Below, piece after piece: positions 17,580 through 25,720 of a DNA stretch of 32,000 bases. The notes under the pieces were generated by a model. The model did not search any database. It was not told where the DNA came from and saw nothing but the letters and a program-made list of their open reading frames with translations. Within the stretch, counting starts at the first letter, position 1. The number at the start of each line of letters is the position of its first letter. The position numbers and the translations under genes were made by a program. The stretch lies in the NCBI RefSeq assembly GCF_000619945.1, contig NZ_JHVC01000002.1, positions 16,098 through 48,097 on the forward strand, read 5' to 3'. The stretch is from Clostridium lundense DSM 17049. GTDB taxonomy: Bacteria > Bacillota > Clostridia > Clostridiales > Clostridiaceae.

Positions 17580-18620
17580 GTGGTGGAAAAATTAAAAAAT
17601 TCTATTAAAAGTTATTTTTCCAATGGTCCTAAGGCAATCTTTATCGTGATATTGATTTTAATGATCTCTACAATTATAATAACTAGTACAAGAAAGACTT
17701 TGTATGTTTATGTAGATGGTAAAGAGAAAAAAATAACTACTTTTAGAGCGAACTTAAAGAACGCTTTAGTTGCTAATAGCATAGTAGTAGGACCAAAGGA
17801 TAAGACAACACCTGGTCTCGACAGTAAAATAAAAAATAAAGATAAAATATACATTAAAAAAGCAGTCAATGTTGAAGTGAATGTAGATGGTAAGAAACTA
17901 GTTCTTCAATCAGCAGAAAAAGATATAGAGACAATGCTTGCTGAAGAAGGAATAAAGCTTAATGAATATGATAAAGTTTCTCCATCAAAAGAAGATCCGT
18001 TAAAGGATGGCTTACAAGTAGCCATTACTAGGGTAGAAACTAAGATTATTAAAGAATCAAAATCAATAGATTATGCTACAGTTTTAAAAAAGAATAATGA
18101 CTTAGAAGAAGGAAGAAAGAAAGTTATTCAAGAAGGAAAATCAGGTGAAAAGGTTACAACAACAAGAGTAGTATATGAAAATGGCAAAGAAGTAAGTAAA
18201 AAAGTAATTAGCGAAGTGGTTACTAAAAAGCCAGTTGAAAAAGTGGTAGCTATGGGAACTTTGGGGGTATATACTCCTTCACGTGGTGTAAGTGTTCGTT
18301 ATTCCAATGTTATGAAAATGAGGGCAACTGCTTATACAGCAGATTATGCTTCTACGGGTAAAAGTCCTGGAGATTATGGTTATGGAATAACAGCTACAGG
18401 AACTGTAGCAAGAAGAAACCACGGTGGATATAGTTCTATAGCTGTAGATCCAAGAGTAATTCCCCTAGGAACTAAGGTATATGTAGAAGGTTATGGTTAT
18501 GCTATAGCAGAGGATACTGGAGGAGCAATAAAAGGTGATAGAATAGATGTATTCTTTGATGGTAATAATGAAGTATACAATTGGGGAGTAAAATGGGTAA
18601 ATGTGTATATATTGAAGTAA
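17580..18620 (+). CDS. yabE: YabE-like cell-wall protein (TM anchor, DUF348 repeats, G5 domain, C-terminal 3D domain)
   Basis: The G5-like segment is VIQEGKSGEKVTTTRVVYENGKEV. The 3D domain is ATAYTA...SIAVDPRVIPLGTKVYVEGYGYAIAEDTGGAIKGDRIDVFF. Synteny is tatD-yabE-rnmV. Confidence 0.85.
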   Translation: MVEKLKNSIKSYFSNGPKAIFIVILILMISTIIITSTRKTLYVYVDGKEKKITTFRANLKNALVANSIVVGPKDKTTPGLDSKIKNKDKIYIKKAVNVEVNVDGKKLVLQSAEKDIETMLAEEGIKLNEYDKVSPSKEDPLKDGLQVAITRVETKIIKESKSIDYATVLKKNNDLEEGRKKVIQEGKSGEKVTTTRVVYENGKEVSKKVISEVVTKKPVEKVVAMGTLGVYTPSRGVSVRYSNVMKMRATAYTADYASTGKSPGDYGYGITATGTVARRNHGGYSSIAVDPRVIPLGTKVYVEGYGYAIAEDTGGAIKGDRIDVFFDGNNEVYNWGVKWVNVYILK

Positions 18621-18626
18621 TGTGAA

Positions 18627-18650
18627 AGGAGCCATAGGCTCCTATTTTTT
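18627..18650 (+). terminator. Rho-independent terminator of yabE
   Basis: GGAGCC (18628-18633) pairs with GGCTCC (18637-18642), followed by TATTTTTT. Confidence 0.75.
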
Positions 18651-18670
18651 CTATATACATAAACAAAGTT

Positions 18671-18793
18671 ATTGGCTTCAGAGGGGATTTTTACTCCCAC
18701 TGAAGCTTAGAAATCGTTATTTAGGAAAGTAGCTGCTTTTTATTCTCACTTTGAAGAAAATGGGAGTATTAGAGCGGGTAGTCATCGGATAAA
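18671..18793 (+). repeat. Unassigned structured repeat or ncRNA candidate, copy 2
   Basis: Same orientation as copy 1 and exactly 3540 bp from it. It lies between the yabE terminator and the rnmV RBS. Confidence 0.65.
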
Positions 18794-18832
18794 TATTTAT
18801 ATAATGTAAGACGTAATTAATAGGAGGATAAC

Positions 18833-19390
18833 ATGATTAAGGAAGTTATTGTAGTAGAAGGAAGAGATGATATTACTGCTGTAAAAAGGGCTGTAGATGC
18901 AGAAATTATAGCGGTAGGTGGTTTTGGAATAAATGCAAAAGTTATAGGAAGAATAAAGGAAGCCCAAAAAAGGCAGGGAGTTATAATTTTAACCGATCCA
19001 GATTTTGCAGGGGAAAAAATTAGAAAAATAATATCTAAAAGAGTACAAGGAGTAAAACATGCGTATATTTCTAAAGATGAGGGCTTAAAAGATGGAGATA
19101 TAGGAGTGGAAAATGCATCTCCTGAAAGTATAATAAGTGCATTAGAAGCTGCTAAATTTGAGGTAAAAGAAAAAAGGTGTGAATTTAGCATTCAGGATAT
19201 GATGTATTTTGGACTTTGTGGTAATAATAAATCTAAAGAGAATAGAGATAGGTTAGGAAAATTATTGAGAATAGGATATTGTAATACATCTCAGTTTTTA
19301 ACTAGATTAAATAACTATGGAATAACAAAGGATGAATTTATAAAAGCATTAGAGATTATTGATAAGGAGAATGAAAATGGAAAAAAATAA
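18833..19390 (+). CDS. rnmV: Ribonuclease M5 (5S rRNA maturase, TOPRIM domain)
   Basis: [25 protein letters not shown]...[13 protein letters not shown] is a canonical RNase M5 sequence. Synteny with rsmA supports the call. Confidence 0.93.
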   Translation: MIKEVIVVEGRDDITAVKRAVDAEIIAVGGFGINAKVIGRIKEAQKRQGVIILTDPDFAGEKIRKIISKRVQGVKHAYISKDEGLKDGDIGVENASPESIISALEAAKFEVKEKRCEFSIQDMMYFGLCGNNKSKENRDRLGKLLRIGYCNTSQFLTRLNNYGITKDEFIKALEIIDKENENGKK

Positions 19391-20213
19391 TACTAAAGAG
19401 ATAGTAAGCAAGTATAACTTTAAATTTACCAAGAGTCTAGGACAAAACTTTTTGATAGATTCACAAGTTTTAATGGATATTGTAGATGGCGCAGAAGTAA
19501 ATAAAAATGATTTCATAATAGAGATAGGACCAGGAGTAGGTACATTGACTAAAGAACTTCTTAAAGTTTCAAAAAAGGTTACAGCCATTGAATTGGACTC
19601 AGATTTAGTACCTATTCTAAAAGAGGAGTTAAAGGAATATGAAAACTTTAGCATTATAAATAAGGATGCGTTAAAGGTAGATTTTGATGAAGTAATTGGG
19701 AAAGAAGAATCAGTAAAATTGGTAGCTAATTTGCCGTATTATGTGACTACACCTATAATTGCTAAGTTACTCAATGAACACTATAAATTTAAATCTTTAA
19801 CTATAATGATACAAAAAGAGGTAGGAGAAAGAATAGCAGCAGAGCCAAATACTAAGGAATATGGTGCTTTATCACTATTAGTACAATATTATTGTGATAT
19901 AAAGGTAATAAGAAAGGTATCTCCAGCTTCGTTTATACCAAGACCAAAGGTAGATTCTATAGTTATCAGATTAGACAGATTAGATACTCCCAAGGTTAAA
20001 GTAGAAGATGAAAAATTGTTTTTTAAGATAATAAGAGCATCATTTAATATGAGAAGGAAAACTCTTTGGAATGCTCTTAAAAGTTTAGGAATAAATAAAG
20101 ATTTATTGGAGAAAGCATTAGAAGAAGCTGGTATAGATCCAAAAAGAAGAGGGGAAACATTATCCATAAATGAGTTTGGAAAACTATCAGATTGTATAGG
20201 TAAATTAGCATAA
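19377..20213 (+). CDS. rsmA: 16S rRNA (adenine1518/1519-N6)-dimethyltransferase
   Basis: KSLGQNFL...[10 protein letters not shown]...[11 protein letters not shown]. Start moved to the ATG at 19377, 6 nt after AAGGAGA. It overlaps the rnmV end by 14 nt. Confidence 0.95.
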   Translation: MEKNNTKEIVSKYNFKFTKSLGQNFLIDSQVLMDIVDGAEVNKNDFIIEIGPGVGTLTKELLKVSKKVTAIELDSDLVPILKEELKEYENFSIINKDALKVDFDEVIGKEESVKLVANLPYYVTTPIIAKLLNEHYKFKSLTIMIQKEVGERIAAEPNTKEYGALSLLVQYYCDIKVIRKVSPASFIPRPKVDSIVIRLDRLDTPKVKVEDEKLFFKIIRASFNMRRKTLWNALKSLGINKDLLEKALEEAGIDPKRRGETLSINEFGKLSDCIGKLA

Positions 20214-20308
20214 ATAAAAATCTTTTTATAACTTTTACTTGTTATTGTTCACTTTTTGAATAATGTCTCATATATTATAATGAATAAAATATATGGAGGT
20301 ACTTTAAG

Positions 20309-21553
20309 TTGGCACAAAAAAAGAGTTATAGTAGATATTTTATTATATTGCAAGAAGACGAAAGAGGATATGCTCTTGCTTCTGATAAATTACCTACCGG
20401 TTATGTAAAGTTGGAGCTAAAGAATGATAAATGTAAGGTTTCTTATTATGTTCAAAACTTAAAGAAGGAATCAGCACCTTACTATATGACATTAATACTA
20501 GGGAAGAAAGATACTAATAAAATAATAAAAATTGGGGAATTGAACATAGATAATTATGGAAGATCAGAGGTATCATATGAATATCTAGCTGATAATATAG
20601 CTGATACTGGAATGTCCATGGATAATGTGTCAGGAGCAGCTATAGTTAAATTATTGGATAAAAATATAATATCAGTACTTAGTGGATTTTTAACATCAGA
20701 TATACCTAAATGGAGAGAATATGAAATAATTGAAGCTGCAGTTAGAGGAGAAAAGGAAGAAGAAGTACAAGAAAAGGTAGAAGAGAAATTAGAGGAAAAA
20801 GTAGAAGAAAAAGTAGAAGAGAAAGTGGAAAAAAAGTTAGAGGAAAAGATAGAAACAAGAGTAGAGGAAGAAAAAAATATATTCGATAAGTATGAAGAAA
20901 GTATAGAACAAAGCAAACAACAGGTAGAAGAGCCAAAGTTTGAGATAGCTGAAGTGGAAAGGCAGGAAGAACCTGTTGTACAGGCAGTAGATAGAAAAGA
21001 AAGCATAGAAGATGTTGAAAAAATAGATGAAGTTATAAATTTAGATAAAGAAGATAATTTAAAAAATAATGTAGAAGAAAAAATAATAGAAAACAAAGAT
21101 ATGAGAGATGATAAAAGAAATAAAGATTGGCCTAATGGAAAGACTGGTGAATTTTTTAGGGAAGTAGCTAAAGGGTTTGAGGAATTAAAAGGAGAAATCG
21201 AAGACATAAAGAAATGTGTATGGTATAGGGTGCCTATAAAAGATGCAAGTGATATGTGTTGCATTTCAAACTATAATAAATATGCAATAATGTATTATCC
21301 TATGGTAAACTATTATAAATATATAGTACCTTATGGTCACTATGTTGTAGGATATAAATGTGATAGTGAAGGAAAAATGAAATATTTAGTATATGGTATT
21401 CCAGGAGGAAAGGACAAAAAATATCAGCCGTTTGGTGGGAAGTCTGGATTTGTAACTTGGGTACCAGCAAGGTCTAGAAATAATGAATATGAAGGTTACT
21501 GGTTAATGTTTTATGATTTTAGAACTTGTACTATATTAATCCCTGTTAAATAG
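20309..21553 (+). CDS. Hypothetical protein with a central Glu/Lys-rich repeat region
   Basis: A 414-aa ORF with a TTG start 9 nt after GGAGG and a terminator downstream. I recognise no family. The centre contains EEKVEEKLEEKVEEKVEEKVEKKLEEK. Confidence 0.7.
   Translation: MAQKKSYSRYFIILQEDERGYALASDKLPTGYVKLELKNDKCKVSYYVQNLKKESAPYYMTLILGKKDTNKIIKIGELNIDNYGRSEVSYEYLADNIADTGMSMDNVSGAAIVKLLDKNIISVLSGFLTSDIPKWREYEIIEAAVRGEKEEEVQEKVEEKLEEKVEEKVEEKVEKKLEEKIETRVEEEKNIFDKYEESIEQSKQQVEEPKFEIAEVERQEEPVVQAVDRKESIEDVEKIDEVINLDKEDNLKNNVEEKIIENKDMRDDKRNKDWPNGKTGEFFREVAKGFEELKGEIEDIKKCVWYRVPIKDASDMCCISNYNKYAIMYYPMVNYYKYIVPYGHYVVGYKCDSEGKMKYLVYGIPGGKDKKYQPFGGKSGFVTWVPARSRNNEYEGYWLMFYDFRTCTILIPVK
20750..20878 (+). 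repeat. In-frame 12-nt tandem repeats (GAAGARAAAGTA-like) encoding (EEKV)n
   Basis: The 12-nt periodicity is visible in GAAAAGGTAGAAGAGAAATTAGAGGAAAAAGTAGAAGAAAAAGTAGAAGAGAAAGTGGAAAAAAAG. Confidence 0.7.
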
Positions 21554-21577
21554 GTATGCAAAGGCATACCTATTTTT
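21551..21577 (+). terminator. Rho-independent terminator
   Basis: TAGGTATGC (21551-21559) pairs with GCATACCTA (21564-21572), followed by TTTTT. Confidence 0.85.
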
Positions 21578-21633
21578 ATTAATATTTTTAAAAGGTGTAT
21601 CATATAATTTAATAAAAAAGGAGTATGATTAGT

Positions 21634-22224
21634 ATGAGGGTTATTATATTAAACAAGAAGAGATTAGGGGTTTCAATAATTATTATAGGGCTTATGATAA
21701 TAATGTTTAGTATGCAAAATAAATTCAGAGATCAAATGAAATTAACTACATTAATGCAAAGTAACATAAATTCATTAAAAGAGTATACTGCCCTAAATGG
21801 TAAGTTAACATATAAATTACCTTCAGAGTGGATTACTACTGAAAGATCTTTTGGAGGTAGTGAAATAATTTATCATAATGATTTTCAATCTAAGGATTTA
21901 AAAATACATGGATTTGCACAAGTGTGGGATATGAAAGAGGATTTGGATACATTTCTTAAAAAAAGTGAGGAGATATCAAAAAAGCAAAATATAATTAGTA
22001 ATTACAGTGTTAAAGAAGTAACAATAAATAATAGAAAGTGGAAATTAGTTGAATATGTAATACAAAATTCGGAAAATTTAAAGTTTAGAAGCTACGAATA
22101 TTTTATAAAAAGTAATGATAAGCTTATTAGATTTTCATTTTTTGTCAGGAATGAAAATTTCAAGGAGAACATGCCTGTTATATTTAAAACTATAGTACAA
22201 ACCTTAAATTATGATGGCAAATAA
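21634..22224 (+). CDS. Hypothetical membrane-anchored protein
   Basis: An N-terminal TM helix (LGVSIIIIGLMIIMF) precedes a soluble domain. Start set at the ATG at 21634, 10 nt after AGGAG. No family recognised. Confidence 0.6.
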   Translation: MRVIILNKKRLGVSIIIIGLMIIMFSMQNKFRDQMKLTTLMQSNINSLKEYTALNGKLTYKLPSEWITTERSFGGSEIIYHNDFQSKDLKIHGFAQVWDMKEDLDTFLKKSEEISKKQNIISNYSVKEVTINNRKWKLVEYVIQNSENLKFRSYEYFIKSNDKLIRFSFFVRNENFKENMPVIFKTIVQTLNYDGK

Positions 22225-22341
22225 TATAATAAAAGTAATTAATGTTAGAAAATAAAATATAATTATTGATTAGTTTATATGTTATAATGTTATTAAAGTT
22301 TTAACTTTAAGTGACTTATTACATAGGAGGAAATAATAAGT

Positions 22342-23118
22342 ATGAAGCCAGTATTATTTGAGGTACTAGGTATAAAAGTATATGGATATGGAACTATGAT
22401 AGCATTAGGAATTCTATCAGCATTATTATTATTAAATTATAGAGTAAGAAATAAAAATTATAATGAAGATGATATTTTTAATATGTCTATAATTGCTATA
22501 ATATCTGGAGTAATAGGTGGCAAGTTATTATATATTATAACTGAGATTAAGGATATAATTTCAGATCCATCTATATTGAAGAATGTTGGTAATGGTTTTG
22601 TAATATATGGAGCTATAATAGGGGGAGCTGTAGCAGTATATTTATTTTGTAAGAAAAAACATTGGGAACCATTAAAGGTATTTGATACAGTTATACCTAC
22701 TGTTTCATTAGCACAAGGTTTTGGTAGGATAGGATGTTTTTTTGCAGGCTGTTGTTATGGAAAGGCTACAACATTATCTATAGGAGTTGAATTTACTAAT
22801 TCCCCATTTGTGTCTTCTGGAGTTATAAGACATCCGACACAAATTTATTCTGCTATTTTTGATTTTTTATTAACCTTTTTTTTATTGTGGTATGATAAAA
22901 AAGAAAGAAAAAGTGGTAGAGTATTTTCTGCTTATGTTATAATATATAGCATTGGTAGAATAATAGTAGAGTTTTTTAGAGATGATCCTAGAGGTGTAGT
23001 AGGAGTATTATCTACTTCTCAATTTATAAGTTTATTTACAGTTATAATAGGGATCATCATTTTTAATTTAGACAAGTTTAAGAAGCTTAAACAAAATGAT
23101 GAAAATATTTACAATTAA
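22342..23118 (+). CDS. lgt: Prolipoprotein diacylglyceryl transferase
   Basis: GRIGCFFAGCCYG, HPTQIYSAIFD and FFRDDPRG are canonical Lgt motifs. Confidence 0.95.
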   Translation: MKPVLFEVLGIKVYGYGTMIALGILSALLLLNYRVRNKNYNEDDIFNMSIIAIISGVIGGKLLYIITEIKDIISDPSILKNVGNGFVIYGAIIGGAVAVYLFCKKKHWEPLKVFDTVIPTVSLAQGFGRIGCFFAGCCYGKATTLSIGVEFTNSPFVSSGVIRHPTQIYSAIFDFLLTFFLLWYDKKERKSGRVFSAYVIIYSIGRIIVEFFRDDPRGVVGVLSTSQFISLFTVIIGIIIFNLDKFKKLKQNDENIYN

Positions 23119-23136
23119 CCTAGGAGGTTAAGTAGA

Positions 23137-23976
23137 TTGTTAAAGGGTACAAGGAATTTAAAGAAAAAAGTAATATTAGTATTATTAGCTTTTAGTTTGT
23201 GTTTTACTGGTTGTGGTAAACTGGATTCATTAAAGGTTAAGTTTGGATTGAAAAATAATGACTTTGAATATATAAAACAAAATAAAATAGAAAAAATAGT
23301 TATACAAAATACTAGAGATCAAGGGTATAGATTTGTAGTAACTGATAAGAGAGCTATTCAAGAACTTTATGAAATTTTGTCAAGTGCTAAAGAAGCAAAA
23401 GAAAAATCAACACTAAAACCAGATTATGTTTTTGAAATGCATGAGGCTCATGATAAGGTTCATAAGTTTAATTATATAGCAGGATTAGATAAAAAGGATG
23501 CAGGAAACTTATATAGTGAAGATAAAATATATATTGTATCTAAAAGAATAGATAATGATATAATAAAAAGTTTTTGGAATATAAGAATTCCTAAAGATTT
23601 TACTGATATTTATTATAATTCAATTTTAAAAGTTTTAAATGAGTACTCAAAGAGTGTGAATAAAAACAAAAATATAGGTATCAACTTGGATGAAGATATA
23701 GATATATCAAAGTTTATTCTTTCTACAGATTTAGAGGATTTTAAGAGCAAACTAAAGGGAAAATATAATAATGCAAGTTTAGTAGAAGGAGATAATTCTA
23801 AATATAATGTAGTAATGACAGTAAAAACTCAAGGATATAAACGACTTTTATATAAATCTATTATAACTTTTTATGATAGAGTAGATAAAAGCGAAACTAA
23901 GTATTATGTAAAGGCTGAATATAAAAGTAGATCTTGGAATGTAGAAGTATCTAATAGTAGACCAGATGGATTTTAA
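23137..23976 (+). CDS. Putative lipoprotein
   Basis: Signal peptide with the lipobox LCFTGC. TTG start 9 nt after AGGAGG. It lies immediately downstream of lgt. The mature part belongs to no family I recognise. Confidence 0.7.
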   Translation: MLKGTRNLKKKVILVLLAFSLCFTGCGKLDSLKVKFGLKNNDFEYIKQNKIEKIVIQNTRDQGYRFVVTDKRAIQELYEILSSAKEAKEKSTLKPDYVFEMHEAHDKVHKFNYIAGLDKKDAGNLYSEDKIYIVSKRIDNDIIKSFWNIRIPKDFTDIYYNSILKVLNEYSKSVNKNKNIGINLDEDIDISKFILSTDLEDFKSKLKGKYNNASLVEGDNSKYNVVMTVKTQGYKRLLYKSIITFYDRVDKSETKYYVKAEYKSRSWNVEVSNSRPDGF

Positions 23977-24006
23977 AGATATTGCGTAATAGCAATATCT
24001 TTTTTA
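23976..24006 (+). terminator. Rho-independent terminator
   Basis: AGATATTGC (23977-23985) pairs with GCAATATCT (23992-24000), followed by TTTTT. Confidence 0.85.
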
Positions 24007-24143
24007 GTTTAGTTAGGGAAATATTGTACATAATAATAAATGGTTCATATTTTTGTAGTTTAGTATTAAGTGTTCAACTATTTAACATTTAGTGCTATAA
24101 TTATTAAAGTATTCATACATAGAGATAGTTGGGAGGAAAACTT

Positions 24144-24992
24144 ATGAGTAATTGTGAAAGTTGTCCAAGTAAGGGTAAATGTGATAGCAAAGAAGCTAGT
24201 TGTTCTAAATTAGTACCTAAGCATGGAAAGATAAAGCATATAATTGGAGTAATTAGTGGTAAAGGTGGAGTTGGAAAGTCTACAGTTACTGGTATATTAG
24301 CAGTTCAGTTAAGAAAAGCTGGATACAAAGTTGGAGTTTTAGATGGAGACATAACAGGACCATCAATGCCAAGATTCTTTGGAATAAATGAAGAAAGAGC
24401 AGATATACTTCAAATAGAAAATACTGAAGAAGTGAAGTTTAGTCCTGTAGAAACTTCACTTGGAATAAAAGTTATTTCTTTGAATTTATTAACTGAACAG
24501 GAGGAACAACCTGTTATTTGGAGAGGTCCAGTTATTACAGGAGTTTTAACACAAATGTATGTTGATACCGAATGGGGAGATTTAGATTATCTTCTTATTG
24601 ACATGCCACCAGGAACTGGAGATGTAGCATTAACTATAATGCAAAGTATTCCTGTAGAAGGTATGGTAGTAGTATCAACTCCTCAAGAAATGGTTTCTAT
24701 GATTGTTAAAAAAGTTGTAATAATGGCAGAAAAATTAAATGTTAATATAATAGGCGTTGTAGAAAATATGTCTTATGTTCAATGCGGAAAATGTGGTGAA
24801 AAGATAAGAGTATTCAGTAAAAAATCTGCAGAAGAACAAGCTGAATATTTGCAAATTCCATTAATTTGTGAAATGCCAATTAACTTAGATTTAGTAGAAA
24901 GCATGGAAAAGGGTGAAGCTGAAAAATTTGTAAGTGAATATGAAGGATATAATGAATTAATAAATAATTTTAATTTATTATCTAATAAATAA
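24144..24992 (+). CDS. Mrp/NBP35 (ApbC) family Fe-S cluster carrier ATPase
   Basis: An N-terminal Cys-rich tail, a deviant Walker A motif (SGKGGVGKST), and CGKCGE. Start moved to the ATG at 24144, which follows GGGAGG. Confidence 0.9.
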   Translation: MSNCESCPSKGKCDSKEASCSKLVPKHGKIKHIIGVISGKGGVGKSTVTGILAVQLRKAGYKVGVLDGDITGPSMPRFFGINEERADILQIENTEEVKFSPVETSLGIKVISLNLLTEQEEQPVIWRGPVITGVLTQMYVDTEWGDLDYLLIDMPPGTGDVALTIMQSIPVEGMVVVSTPQEMVSMIVKKVVIMAEKLNVNIIGVVENMSYVQCGKCGEKIRVFSKKSAEEQAEYLQIPLICEMPINLDLVESMEKGEAEKFVSEYEGYNELINNFNLLSNK

Positions 24993-25001
24993 AAGAATTA
25001 A

Positions 25002-25042
25002 AACATATAGCCTTATGAAGAATAAGGCTATATGTTTTTTTG
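25002..25042 (+). terminator. Rho-independent terminator
   Basis: AACATATAGCCTTAT (25002-25016) pairs with ATAAGGCTATATGTT (25022-25036), followed by a T run. Confidence 0.9.
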
Positions 25043-25135
25043 CTAAATTTGGAATCAAAATATGGTTATAAATAAATAATAATAGGGTAAAAATAAAACT
25101 ATAATATTACTTATATATATAAGGAGGTTATAGCA

Positions 25136-25324
25136 ATGAGAGCTTTTATAAATAAGGAAGCATGTATAGGTTGTGGATTATGCCCATCAGTAGCACCAGA
25201 TGTTTTTGAAATGGATGATGATGGAAAGGCTAGAACTATAGTAGAGGATGTACCAAGTTCATCTGAAGATGCTGCTAAAGAAGCAGAATCTAGTTGCCCA
25301 ACAAATGCAATTGCTACAGAATAA
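25136..25324 (+). CDS. Small single-cluster ferredoxin
   Basis: CIGCGLC...P near the N-terminus and CPTNAI at the C-terminus. 62 aa and acidic. Confidence 0.88.
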   Translation: MRAFINKEACIGCGLCPSVAPDVFEMDDDGKARTIVEDVPSSSEDAAKEAESSCPTNAIATE

Positions 25325-25330
25325 TGAAAA

Positions 25331-25361
25331 AATAAGGAGATAGATTTCTCCTTATTTTTTT
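25331..25361. terminator. Terminator hairpin between convergent genes
   Basis: AATAAGGAGA (25331-25340) pairs with TCTCCTTATT (25347-25356), followed by a T run. Confidence 0.8.
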
Positions 25362-25387
25362 ATAGTAGTAAGTATTTATGTATGGCT

Positions 25388-25564
25388 TTAGAAGAAGTCG
25401 ATTAATTTATCATTTGTAAGTCTCATTACATTAGGATCTATGTTTACTGTATCTCCTACATGTACATTTTCAGGGAGACTAAATTTACTTACCTCCGTAG
25501 TGATTCCATTCTCAAAACTTACAAAGGCTTCTGTATTATTCATATCAATTATTCTTCCTAGCAT
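25388..25564 (-). CDS. DUF3006-like small protein, 58 aa (absent from the supplied ORF track)
   Basis: Minus strand: GGAGGT, 6 nt, then ATG. Product is MLGRIIDMNNTEAFVSFENGITTEVSKFSLPENVHVGDTVNIDPNVMRLTNDKLIDFF. The pattern (I-D...A-V-E/F-ENG......LP....GD.V) resembles DUF3006. Confidence 0.55.
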   Translation of the reverse strand: MLGRIIDMNNTEAFVSFENGITTEVSKFSLPENVHVGDTVNIDPNVMRLTNDKLIDFF

Positions 25565-25720
25565 AATGTTACCTCCATTATAATAATATTATTAATAGTA
25601 TTTACATGTTTAATTAATTTAATTACTGTATTAAAAACAATGATATAAATAAGTTGTAAATTAAATCTATGGAGGATATAATTCTAATTAAAAGTATAGC
25701 GTGATCAAATGGAGGCAAAA

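Noticed and set aside
20554-21264. A 236-aa minus-strand ORF, with a nested 64-aa ORF at 20742-20936, opposite the Glu/Lys-repeat gene
   Set aside because: Its Ser/Phe/Leu-rich product is the mirror image of the GAA/AAA-rich repeat on the + strand. The + strand gene has the RBS, the terminator and non-repetitive flanking domains.
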